NCBI GenBank assembly: GCA_041737515.1
Contig: JBGSRQ010000315.1
Span: 1-59,004, forward strand
Reading direction: 5' to 3'
From: Rhodobacterales bacterium
Lineage (GTDB): Bacteria; Pseudomonadota; Alphaproteobacteria; Rhodobacterales; Rhodobacteraceae
Length of the DNA: 59,004 nucleotides
Shown here: positions 49,487-57,678 of the stretch, in pieces
Position numbering within the stretch: the stretch's first letter is position 1
How the letters are laid out: each line of letters opens with the position of its first letter
Program-made: the position numbers and the translations under genes
Notes under the pieces: generated by a model
Told to the model about the DNA's origin: nothing
The model's database searches: none
What the model saw: only the letters and a program-made list of their open reading frames with translations

Positions 49487-51688
49487 TCAAGGCCCTTTTG
49501 CAATCGCCAGAAGATCAGACAGGGTTTTTCGCGCAGTTGCAGATTCGGTCACCAATGCACGGCTTTGTGCCAGTGGACCTTTCTGCCCAGATGTACCGGC
49601 TGTACCATCCTGAACTGGTTCTGCCGCATCGCCCGGAACAAGCAACCGTGCCGCCGGAGCCCAGGGATCATCCGTTGTCGCGGCGATCTGCGGCCATTCT
49701 GCAGAAATCCGAGTTGCATGTTGTTCCTGCTCGACATCACCCAGTTCTTCAAATGTGCGCGCCGCGGTTCTGGTGTTGCCCGCCATCATCTCGGCCTTGG
49801 CGATTTGCTCAAGCGCCTCATCCGACGTTAATCCTGCCAGCAGTCCACGGACAAGTGTCGGGTTACGCTCTTGCAGCGCCGCTTGTGCCAGAAGCAGTCT
49901 GTCCGTCGGATCAGCCTGCCCGGGCTGATCAGCCTCGAGCTGCAACCATGACCGCGCGAGGCTGCCAAAACCAACCTTCAGCAGCCGGGTCGCGATGTCG
50001 CGACGCAGCACAAGCGGCAGTTTCAGCCGCTCGGCATCATCCACCGCTGTCGCATGGTTCAAGAATGGCGCCTCCGGGGCATTGGCCAACAACCGCCAGA
50101 CTGTTTCAGCAGCATCCGGGGTTGTGGGAAGCCGATCAAATGCGCCATCAAAATCGCCCAGCGCGGCACGGACCTTGGTCTGGACAAGGTGCAACGAGGG
50201 TTCCATTTCGGTGCCCTTGTACTCTTGTGCAAGCGCGTCAAAGGTGGTGACGCTCCGGGGATCAATGGGGTCATCGCTGTCAATCTGGCGCGTAACCATG
50301 AGGATTTTCGCCTTCACCGCGTCCGGACCGGTATCACTGCTCAGATCCGCAAGGTCATGTGTCGCAGCGGCGTTCTCACCCCTGTCGATCTTCAGCTCAA
50401 CCTCAGTCAGCCGAACCGCCGGACCGGGGTTTCCCGGTCCTCGCACGATGGAAGCGACAAGCGTTGTGGCCGTCTGGAGATCACCCGAAAGACGGAATGC
50501 TTCCGCAAGCCTGGCTCCCAGATGTCGCCGCAGATGCAGCGGCAGGGCCGAGAATGTCCGCAGAATGGCGCGCTTGTTCACGGTTTGCGCGTTTGTCTGG
50601 GACAGATCGGCCAAAAGTGACCAGAGCGCTGCAGCGTTGTCGCAGGCGGCCATTCCGGCAAAGGCCCCGCCGGGATCTTCCCTGCCCTCCATGATACCGG
50701 AAAGGGTCAAAAGCTGGTCCTGCTGCCGGGGTTCTGTGCCAAAGACAGTCAGAATCTGATAGGCCTCGGCCCCGAAGCCAAGGTAGATATAAAATCGGGC
50801 CGTCCTCGCGACGGCGTCAGGGTCTGGCTTGTCGAACTCTCCGGCAAGGTTTTGCTTTACGTCAGCGAACTGATCTGGGATCCGGTCTTCCCGACCCCAA
50901 GTGCCTAGATCGACCTCGTCATCCGGGAAACAGGCGTCGCCGGATTGGGTGAGCCTTTCTGGTTCATCCGTGTCAAAATTAGCCACCAAACCAAGATTTT
51001 GGCCGATGCGCACTTGGGACGCCAAGGCATGATCGGATGTCGGTCCTTCGTCCGGATTGCGCTGCGGCAGTTCAAGATCGACCATCCCCCGCGATGCGCC
51101 GTCGCTGAGTTGACGCAAGAGTGTTCTCTTCACTTCGCCAAGATCGGCCGTTTGCGAGGGCTCGAGCGGCAGCGAAGGAGGAGTCGGCGTTGTGCTGGGC
51201 AAGCCCTGCCACTCATAGCCAGCCAAGCTGTTTGTTCGCTCCGGGCGCGCACGCGGGCGAGGTCGGTCTGCCACGGTCAGCGCCGGCATCACAGCACCAC
51301 CAATAGAAGTTTCAAACGACGTACCTTGCGGCGGCGGCCCGTCCCGAACATCGACGACAATCGTGCCGGGCGCAATCTCGAACGGGGTCGCAAAACAGGC
51401 ACAACCCACGCCGAATTGCAGCGTGCCGCTGTCTGGATTAAGCGAAACCGAGCCTATCCGGTTCTTCGTGATCTTGTCGAAAACTCTTGATAGATCGTAG
51501 CGGGACCGCGACTTCCCCAGTGATATCTCATACCCCGTTTCTGTTCGCCCGAAGGCCCAATCGACAGCCCCCCCGGCGTTGATCACAAGACGTGTGAACG
51601 CCCCGTGTTCGCCAGAAGTGACAGACACGGTCTGGGCTACCCCACCTTGTGCCACGACCATCAACAGAACAATCAGGATGCCTTTCAT
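49487..51688 (-). CDS. large secreted protein of unknown function, translationally coupled to motA
   Basis: 733 aa. Signal peptide MKGILIVLLMVVAQGGVAQT, a beta-rich N-terminal module, a Pro-rich linker, and about 500 aa of Leu/Ala-rich helical region. ATG overlaps the motA stop (ATGA at 51685-51688). Confidence 0.8.
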   Translation of the reverse strand: MKGILIVLLMVVAQGGVAQTVSVTSGEHGAFTRLVINAGGAVDWAFGRTETGYEISLGKSRSRYDLSRVFDKITKNRIGSVSLNPDSGTLQFGVGCACFATPFEIAPGTIVVDVRDGPPPQGTSFETSIGGAVMPALTVADRPRPRARPERTNSLAGYEWQGLPSTTPTPPSLPLEPSQTADLGEVKRTLLRQLSDGASRGMVDLELPQRNPDEGPTSDHALASQVRIGQNLGLVANFDTDEPERLTQSGDACFPDDEVDLGTWGREDRIPDQFADVKQNLAGEFDKPDPDAVARTARFYIYLGFGAEAYQILTVFGTEPRQQDQLLTLSGIMEGREDPGGAFAGMAACDNAAALWSLLADLSQTNAQTVNKRAILRTFSALPLHLRRHLGARLAEAFRLSGDLQTATTLVASIVRGPGNPGPAVRLTEVELKIDRGENAAATHDLADLSSDTGPDAVKAKILMVTRQIDSDDPIDPRSVTTFDALAQEYKGTEMEPSLHLVQTKVRAALGDFDGAFDRLPTTPDAAETVWRLLANAPEAPFLNHATAVDDAERLKLPLVLRRDIATRLLKVGFGSLARSWLQLEADQPGQADPTDRLLLAQAALQERNPTLVRGLLAGLTSDEALEQIAKAEMMAGNTRTAARTFEELGDVEQEQHATRISAEWPQIAATTDDPWAPAARLLVPGDAAEPVQDGTAGTSGQKGPLAQSRALVTESATARKTLSDLLAIAKGP

Positions 51689-52554
51689 GCGACATCCTGT
51701 TTCAGCGAGCGTAGCGCCTCTTCCAGCGATGAAAACGAGGGGCGGACGTGATGCGGTGAATTCTGACGCCCGACTTCAATACACAGATTGGCCGCGTGGT
51801 TGTGAAGGTTGGCGATCAGAACCTCGCGGATCAAGTTGTAGAAATGCGCATCATCGTCAACAACCGCCTTGACCCGCGCCGCAAAGGGGCCAACCAGACC
51901 GTAGGCCATGAACACGCCCAGAAACGTGCCGACCAACGCACCGCCGATCATCTTGCCCAGAATTTCCGGCGGCTGGTCGATCGAGGCCATGGTTTTGATC
52001 ACCCCTAGAACTGCAGCCACAATGCCCAGCGCGGGAAGAGCGTCGGCAATGGATTGCAGGGCGTGACTGGAGTGAAGCGCGTGCGCCTGTGCTGTCTCCA
52101 TCCGCTTGTCCAGCACCTCTTCCACCTGATGCGGATCATCATAGTTCATTGATGCCGCGCGCAGCGTGTCGCAAATCAGATCGACGGACTCGTGATCTTT
52201 CTGAATTTTCGGATAACGCCCGAAGATCGTTGATTCCTTTGGGTTTTCGATGTGCTCTTCCAACGCCACCGGGTTCGACTTCGCGATTCTGATCAATTCG
52301 AACAACAAACAGAGCATGTCGCGGTAATCGGCCGGCTTCCATTTCGGGCCGGCAAACACCTTCTTGATGTCCTTGACCGTGTGTTTCACCCCGGCAAAAT
52401 CGTTCGACAACAAGAACGCACCCACGGCTGCGCCCGCGATCATGGTCATCTCATGAGGAAGGGCGTGCAGAATAATCTCCAGCTTGCCGCCGGCGGAAAC
52501 GTAGCCGCCGAAAACCATCACGAAGATGACCACGATACCGATAATGCCAAACAT
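51685..52554 (-). CDS. motA: flagellar stator protein MotA
   Basis: 289 aa. Four TM helices, conserved GALVGTFLGVFMAYG and cytoplasmic loop. RBS GGGAG. Confidence 0.93.
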   Translation of the reverse strand: MFGIIGIVVIFVMVFGGYVSAGGKLEIILHALPHEMTMIAGAAVGAFLLSNDFAGVKHTVKDIKKVFAGPKWKPADYRDMLCLLFELIRIAKSNPVALEEHIENPKESTIFGRYPKIQKDHESVDLICDTLRAASMNYDDPHQVEEVLDKRMETAQAHALHSSHALQSIADALPALGIVAAVLGVIKTMASIDQPPEILGKMIGGALVGTFLGVFMAYGLVGPFAARVKAVVDDDAHFYNLIREVLIANLHNHAANLCIEVGRQNSPHHVRPSFSSLEEALRSLKQDVA

Positions 52555-52639
52555 GGCCGCTCCCTTTGCCCTGAACTACCGTCATGCTGGCAGGGGCGGG
52601 TTAAGAAAAGCTGACGCGCGCCTGGAAAATTGCGTTCAA

Positions 52640-53203
52640 TTAGTTCTTTGGCACCAGCGCATTGCGCCCTGCCAAAATTGCGCTGACGGCATATGCAGAA
52701 TCGGGCGGCATTCCGGAAAGGATCGCGGCCGAGGCGGTGGGTTGCATACGGCCAAGAAACCCGGCAGAAAACTCCGGGTCCATCGAGGCAAAAAGCTTGG
52801 CCGCATCCTTGGGCTTCATCGCCTCATAAACCGACGTGAGACGCGCAAGATCGGCCTCGGCCGCCCCGTCAGCCAAGCTGAGCGTCGCCGAAAGCTTTGC
52901 CTCGGCTTCGGTCAGAGCGGTCATGCGCTGGTCAATGGCCGCATTGGCCAGATCAAGCGCGGCAAGTCGTTCTGCCAGCGCAGTTTCGCGGGATGCAACC
53001 TGCGTCTCGCGGTCGGTCAAGGCCTTGGCCAGGGCCGCAGGGGGCGTCGGGCAAATCAGAGGCGCCGCACCGTCACCTGCACTGGGCGCACGCGCCAGTG
53101 CCATGCCGAAGCCGTCTCCCAACCGCAAGGCCCCGGAGGATGCCAGAAGAAGCGAAAGGATGATCAGTGCGCCCCGCCCGGCGCGTTTGCGGCCACGGCT
53201 CAT
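52640..53203 (-). CDS. MotE/FlbB-like periplasmic flagellar protein
   Basis: 187 aa from ATG 53203 (ATGA overlap with the upstream gene). Signal-anchor, coiled coil, C-terminal VYEAMKPKDAAKLFASMDPEFSAGFLGRMQPTASAAILSGMPPDSA (MgtE_N-like repeat as in MotE/FlbB). Confidence 0.7.
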   Translation of the reverse strand: MSRGRKRAGRGALIILSLLLASSGALRLGDGFGMALARAPSAGDGAAPLICPTPPAALAKALTDRETQVASRETALAERLAALDLANAAIDQRMTALTEAEAKLSATLSLADGAAEADLARLTSVYEAMKPKDAAKLFASMDPEFSAGFLGRMQPTASAAILSGMPPDSAYAVSAILAGRNALVPKN

Positions 53204-53613
53204 TCGGCTGCCTCCAGTCCGTCGCGCATGGAGCGGCGCCGCACGAATCGCAATCGCTTCTCCGCGGCATCCTCGGGGTCGGATTCGGGTGCCGGGTTCC
53301 AACGGTCGGCCAAGGGTGATGCCTTTGGCGATGGAAGATCGTGCATCGACGCCAGCAACAACTCCAGCCGGATGGCGGCAGCATCTGCCCGCGCGTTAAG
53401 ACCCTGCAGGGCCGCGGCAGACCCCGAAGCTGCGTTGCGGGCCTGGTCGAGGGCTCTTGTCATATCGTCGACCTGCACGGAGAGGACGGCAATCGCCCCG
53501 CCCATCCCGGTTTCCAGCGTGGAAAACTTTTTCAGCCGGGCCGACAGGATGTAGCAATAGATTGCCGCGCCAAACGCGCCGGCAGCCATCAGGATATCTG
53601 CGATCAAGGCCAT
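53200..53613 (-). CDS. hypothetical single-pass membrane coiled-coil protein (flagellar operon)
   Basis: 137 aa. N-terminal TM MALIADILMAAGAFGAAIYCYIL, Ala-rich helical middle, acidic/basic tail. RBS AAGGG. Confidence 0.65.
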   Translation of the reverse strand: MALIADILMAAGAFGAAIYCYILSARLKKFSTLETGMGGAIAVLSVQVDDMTRALDQARNAASGSAAALQGLNARADAAAIRLELLLASMHDLPSPKASPLADRWNPAPESDPEDAAEKRLRFVRRRSMRDGLEAAE

Positions 53614-53624
53614 GATGCGCCCTT

Positions 53625-54266
53625 TCAGTTCAGAACAAATTCGGTGATCAGTAGATCGCGCACCCGGCCTTCGCCTGTGACGATCTGGATGCGGCGCAAC
53701 ATCTGCGCGCGCAGCGTCACAAGCGACGACGGGTCCTCAAGCTGGGCCACATCGACGGCACGCAGATAGCCGTTGATGACATCAAGAATGCGCGGCATCA
53801 GCATCGTCACCTCGGCCGCCATCGGCTTGTCGACCTCAAGCTGTGAGGACATGATCAGATGCGCATTGTTGGCCGCAGACCCCAGTGAGATCACCACTTG
53901 CTGCACCGGCACGAAGGCCAACTCCGGCAATCGTTCGTTGGCAGCCGTATTGTGCCGTCCCTCGGCCGGTGCCGCCTCACCATGGCCGGAGGCTGATTCG
54001 CCATGTCCAGCATCCACAGCCATTTCGCCATGATCGCCGTCGGGCTTTGCAGCCTCGCCGTGGTCAGCATCGGCCACGGTTTCCCCGTGCCCCCCACCGG
54101 ATGGATCGGCCATGGCCGCATCTGCGGCCGGCCCCAGAACAAGTCCGGAATAGGTGGCATAAAACCCGCCGCCCCCAAGCACCAGCGCCAGTACGACGCC
54201 GATCAGCAGGGGCAGTTTGGATTTCTTCTTCTGGGCTGCATCGGGGGCAACTTCGGGGTCTGACAT
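53625..54266 (-). CDS. fliL: FliL paralogue (copy 2) with His-Gly-Glu repeat linker
   Basis: 213 aa. Lys-rich N-terminus plus TM, five HGE repeats (aa 60-97), then a FliL domain FVPVQQVVISL...LRAQMLRRIQIVTGEGRVRDLLITEFVLN. Confidence 0.8.
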   Translation of the reverse strand: MSDPEVAPDAAQKKKSKLPLLIGVVLALVLGGGGFYATYSGLVLGPAADAAMADPSGGGHGETVADADHGEAAKPDGDHGEMAVDAGHGESASGHGEAAPAEGRHNTAANERLPELAFVPVQQVVISLGSAANNAHLIMSSQLEVDKPMAAEVTMLMPRILDVINGYLRAVDVAQLEDPSSLVTLRAQMLRRIQIVTGEGRVRDLLITEFVLN

Positions 54267-54312
54267 CTGATCCTCGGGCCATTCAACTGACCGATGTATA
54301 AGCCCAAGGACA

Positions 54313-54327
54313 CTAACCGATTGTTAA
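54313..54327. promoter_or_regulatory. CtrA-box-like motif CTAA-N7-TTAA in the fliL2 / fliF divergent region
   Basis: 7 of 8 match to TTAA-N7-TTAA. 47 nt from the fliL2 ATG and 58 nt from the fliF GTG. Confidence 0.35.
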
Positions 54328-54384
54328 GCCCAATCCGTCAAAGCTGCATCCATCGGGCAGAAGCCCCCTGGTTGGAGAACCCTT

Positions 54385-56001
54385 GTGCAAAACCTGATTA
54401 CCCTTTGGTCGTCCCTCAGCGGTGTCAGACGATTCGTGGTGATCGGCGCGACTTTGATGATGTTTGCGGCCATACTGGGCCTGTCGCGCATGGCCACGGC
54501 GCCCAGCATGGCGCTGCTCTATTCGGGGCTCGACAGCACGGCAGCGGGTGAGGTGGTAGTGGCGCTGGAACAGCGCGGCGTCACTTACGAAGTGCAGGGC
54601 GATTCGATAAGGGTCGATGCCATGATGCGCGACGAGTTGCGCATGACCCTGGCCGCAGACGGCCTGCCGAAGGCCAGCGCCTCGGGCTACGAATTGTTGG
54701 ATGGGATGTCGGGTTTCGGCACCACGTCGCAGATGTTCGATGCCGCCTACTGGCGTGCAAAAGAGGGTGAGCTTGCCCGCACAATCCTTGCCAACCCGCA
54801 GATCAAGGCGGCCCGCGTGCATATCGCGCAGGCCCCCAACCAGCCTTTTCAACGTGATGCCAAAGCCACCGCCAGCGTCACCGTAACAACGATCTCCGGC
54901 CGCCTGAGCCCGGTTCAGGCCCAGGCACTCAAGCATTTGGTCGCGGCGGCTGTCTCGGGGCTGAATGCCGACGAGGTGCAGATCATTGACACGGTCGGCG
55001 GGTTGATTGCGGGGGGCGACGAAACCGTTCAGCCGGGGCAGATGGGTGATGAACGCGCGGCAGAGCTCAAGCACAATGTCGAACGCTTGCTGGCAGCGAG
55101 GGTGGGGTCGGGCAAGGCGGTGGTCGAAGTGGCCGTCGATGTTGTGACAGACCACGAGCAGATCACCGAACATACGTTCGATCCGCAAAGCCGGGTCGCG
55201 ATTTCGACCGATACGGAAGAGAAATCGAATTCCGCAACCGAACCCGGCGCAGATGTCACGGTTGCCTCCAACCTGCCGCAGGGCGAGGGTGCTGCAGGCG
55301 GGGCGAGCGGGCAAAGTCAGGGCAATGAAACCCGCGAACGGGTGAATTACGAGGTGTCCGAAACTCAGCGCGAGGTGCTTCGCGCACCCGGCGCCACCCG
55401 CAAGATCAGCGTGGCCGTCATGATCGACGGTATTCTGACGACGGCTGCCGATGGCACAACAACATGGGCTGCACGGCCAGATGCCGAGCTTGCCGTTTTG
55501 CGCGAACTTGTCGCCTCTGCCGTCGGTCTGGATGAATCGCGGGGCGATGTGCTGACCCTGAAATCCCTTCAGTTCGAATCCCCGCCCGTCAACGGAACAC
55601 TGGCCGAGGCCGGTATGCTGGGGGCGTTCCAGACGTTCGATCTGATGTCGCTGATCCAGATGGCGGTGCTGGCGATTGTGGTATTGATCCTTGGGCTTTT
55701 TGTCATTCGCCCACTTCTGTTGGCGGCACCGCGCACAGCGCCGGGCGATAGCAGACCGCTTTCCCTTCCCGGGATGAGCGACGGTGCTCCTGGCAGCACA
55801 GGCTTCCCACATCTTGATGCAAGGAATGTGCTGAACGGCGAAATCGACGATGGCACGGGATTGCCCGGCCTGTCCGTGAACGGGCGGTCAGACCTTCCCG
55901 CCGATCCGATCGCCCGCTTGCGCCAACTGATTGAGGACCGTCAAGCGGAGTCGGTTGAAATCCTGCGCGGCTGGATGGAATCCCCCGAGGAGTCAACATA
56001 A
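54385..56001 (+). CDS. fliF: flagellar MS-ring protein FliF
   Basis: 538 aa. GTG start with GGAGAA RBS. N-terminal TM, YscJ/FliF periplasmic domains, second TM near the C-terminus. Confidence 0.93.
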   Translation: MQNLITLWSSLSGVRRFVVIGATLMMFAAILGLSRMATAPSMALLYSGLDSTAAGEVVVALEQRGVTYEVQGDSIRVDAMMRDELRMTLAADGLPKASASGYELLDGMSGFGTTSQMFDAAYWRAKEGELARTILANPQIKAARVHIAQAPNQPFQRDAKATASVTVTTISGRLSPVQAQALKHLVAAAVSGLNADEVQIIDTVGGLIAGGDETVQPGQMGDERAAELKHNVERLLAARVGSGKAVVEVAVDVVTDHEQITEHTFDPQSRVAISTDTEEKSNSATEPGADVTVASNLPQGEGAAGGASGQSQGNETRERVNYEVSETQREVLRAPGATRKISVAVMIDGILTTAADGTTTWAARPDAELAVLRELVASAVGLDESRGDVLTLKSLQFESPPVNGTLAEAGMLGAFQTFDLMSLIQMAVLAIVVLILGLFVIRPLLLAAPRTAPGDSRPLSLPGMSDGAPGSTGFPHLDARNVLNGEIDDGTGLPGLSVNGRSDLPADPIARLRQLIEDRQAESVEILRGWMESPEEST

Positions 56002-56585
56002 TGGCGCTGTTGTCGCTTGAGGTATTCGAAGGCCCGACGGAACAAGGCTCAGATACGGTCGTCACCGATATCGGCGCGATCGAGGATGCCAAACTGGCAG
56101 CGTACGAGCAGGGCTATACAGCCGGCTGGGATGACGCAAGCGCGTCGCAGGCCGACGATCAATCCCGGATCAAGGCCGACCTTGCCCGCACCCTGCAGAC
56201 ACTTGGCTTCACCTTTCATGAAGCGCGGGTTCACGTCCTGAATGCCATCGAACCCTTGCTTCTGGATATGGTCCGCACCGTTTTGCCTGCCACAGCGCGC
56301 GCTGCATTGCCGTCGATCGTGCTGGAAACGCTGATGCCGCTGGCCGGTGAAATGGCCGACGCGCCCGTCACACTTGTGCTGAACCCCGCCGTTCGACCCG
56401 CGATCGAGGCTTTGCTGGAACAGGCGACCGGCCTGCCGATCACGGTTTGCGAAGAACCGACACTAAGCGAGGGGCAGGTTTACCTGCGTCTGGGCGAAAC
56501 CGAAACACGCATCGATCTTGATCGTGCAACCGCCGATATTGCCCGCGCTGTGCGGGGTTTTTTCGGCCATCCCGAAGGGAATTAA
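56001..56585 (+). CDS. fliH: FliH-like flagellar assembly protein
   Basis: 194 aa. AYEQGYTAGWDDA motif and position between fliF and fliN. ATG overlaps the fliF stop (TAATG). Confidence 0.6.
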   Translation: MALLSLEVFEGPTEQGSDTVVTDIGAIEDAKLAAYEQGYTAGWDDASASQADDQSRIKADLARTLQTLGFTFHEARVHVLNAIEPLLLDMVRTVLPATARAALPSIVLETLMPLAGEMADAPVTLVLNPAVRPAIEALLEQATGLPITVCEEPTLSEGQVYLRLGETETRIDLDRATADIARAVRGFFGHPEGN

Positions 56586-56588
56586 TCC

Positions 56589-56858
56589 ATGGACACCACC
56601 GCAGAGCCGAATCCGTTCAGCCAGGTGCCGATCGAAATCACCATTTCAGTCGGCAAAGCCCGCCCGCAGGTGCGTGAGCTTTTGAAGTTGCAGCGCGACG
56701 CCGTTTTGCCTCTGGACCGCCGGGTTGATGACCCGGTGGAGCTTTACGTCGGCGACCGCCTGATTGCGCGCGGCGAGTTGCAGGAACTCGAAGGTGAGCA
56801 AGCGGGCCAACTGGCCGTGCGCCTGACCGAAGTGGCAAATCTGCGCGGCGGGCTTTGA
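56589..56858 (+). CDS. fliN: flagellar motor switch protein FliN (short form)
   Basis: 89 aa. SpoA domain VPIEITISVGKARPQVRELLKLQRDAVLPLDRRVDDPVELYVGDRLIARGEL. Confidence 0.9.
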   Translation: MDTTAEPNPFSQVPIEITISVGKARPQVRELLKLQRDAVLPLDRRVDDPVELYVGDRLIARGELQELEGEQAGQLAVRLTEVANLRGGL

Positions 56859-57586
56859 TGCGCGCGGGCTGCCTGGCCTTTGTGCTGCTTGCAATGGCAG
56901 GGCCCGCGTTTGCGCAAGACCTGCCATTTGATCTGGGCGGCCAACTGGGTGGCGAAGGGTCACTCAGCCTGCGCAGTGTCCAGCTTCTGGCGTTGATAAC
57001 CGTGCTAAGCTTGGTGCCCGGCATAGCCGTGATGGTGACGTGTTTTCCCTTTATCGTCACGGTTTTGTCGATCTTGCGGCAGGCCATAGGGCTGCAGCAA
57101 TCGCCGCCCAACATGCTGATCGTCAGCCTTGCCCTGTTCTTGACCTGGTATGTGATGGACCCGATTTTCACCGAGGCCTGGGCAAAGGGGATAGAACCCC
57201 TGACCCAAGGCTCGGTCGATCTCCAAGCTGCGATCACCGCAACACTGGCGCCCTTCCGGGTGTTCATGGCGGCCCGGCTGGACCCGGACACGTTCACCTC
57301 ACTTCAAAATCTGCGCCCCGGAGCAAGTGGACCCGCAATCGACGCCCCCCTTTCCATTCTGGTGCCATCGTTTCTGCTCAGCGAGATTCAGCGCGCGTTC
57401 GAGATCGGTTTCATGATCTTCATGCCGTTCCTGATCATTGATCTGGTTGTTGCGGCGGTGCTCATGTCGATGGGCATGATGATGGTGCCGCCTGCCATCG
57501 TGTCATTGCCCTTCAAGCTCGCATTTTTTGTCGTGGCCGATGGCTGGTCACTTGTTTCGGGCGCTTTGGTTCGCAGCTATTTCTAG
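56858..57586 (+). CDS. fliP: flagellar export apparatus protein FliP
   Basis: LLALITVLSLVPGIAVMVTCFPFIVTVLSILRQAIGLQQSPPN and the FliP C-terminal motif. ATG overlaps the fliN stop by 1 nt; alternative TTG at 56855. Confidence 0.94.
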   Translation: MRAGCLAFVLLAMAGPAFAQDLPFDLGGQLGGEGSLSLRSVQLLALITVLSLVPGIAVMVTCFPFIVTVLSILRQAIGLQQSPPNMLIVSLALFLTWYVMDPIFTEAWAKGIEPLTQGSVDLQAAITATLAPFRVFMAARLDPDTFTSLQNLRPGASGPAIDAPLSILVPSFLLSEIQRAFEIGFMIFMPFLIIDLVVAAVLMSMGMMMVPPAIVSLPFKLAFFVVADGWSLVSGALVRSYF

Positions 57587-57678
57587 AGCGTCTCGCGCAG
57601 GGCCATGCAACGGGTCAAGGGCGGGCCAATCCCCCCGATCTTGGCGTGCCGCGCGCCTCAGCAACTGGCCGGTAATCC

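Noticed and set aside
54313-55812. 499-aa minus-strand ORF opposite fliF
   Set aside because: A shadow ORF of FliF with no family motifs and Arg/His/Gly/Cys-rich composition. Its start would sit in the fliF promoter.
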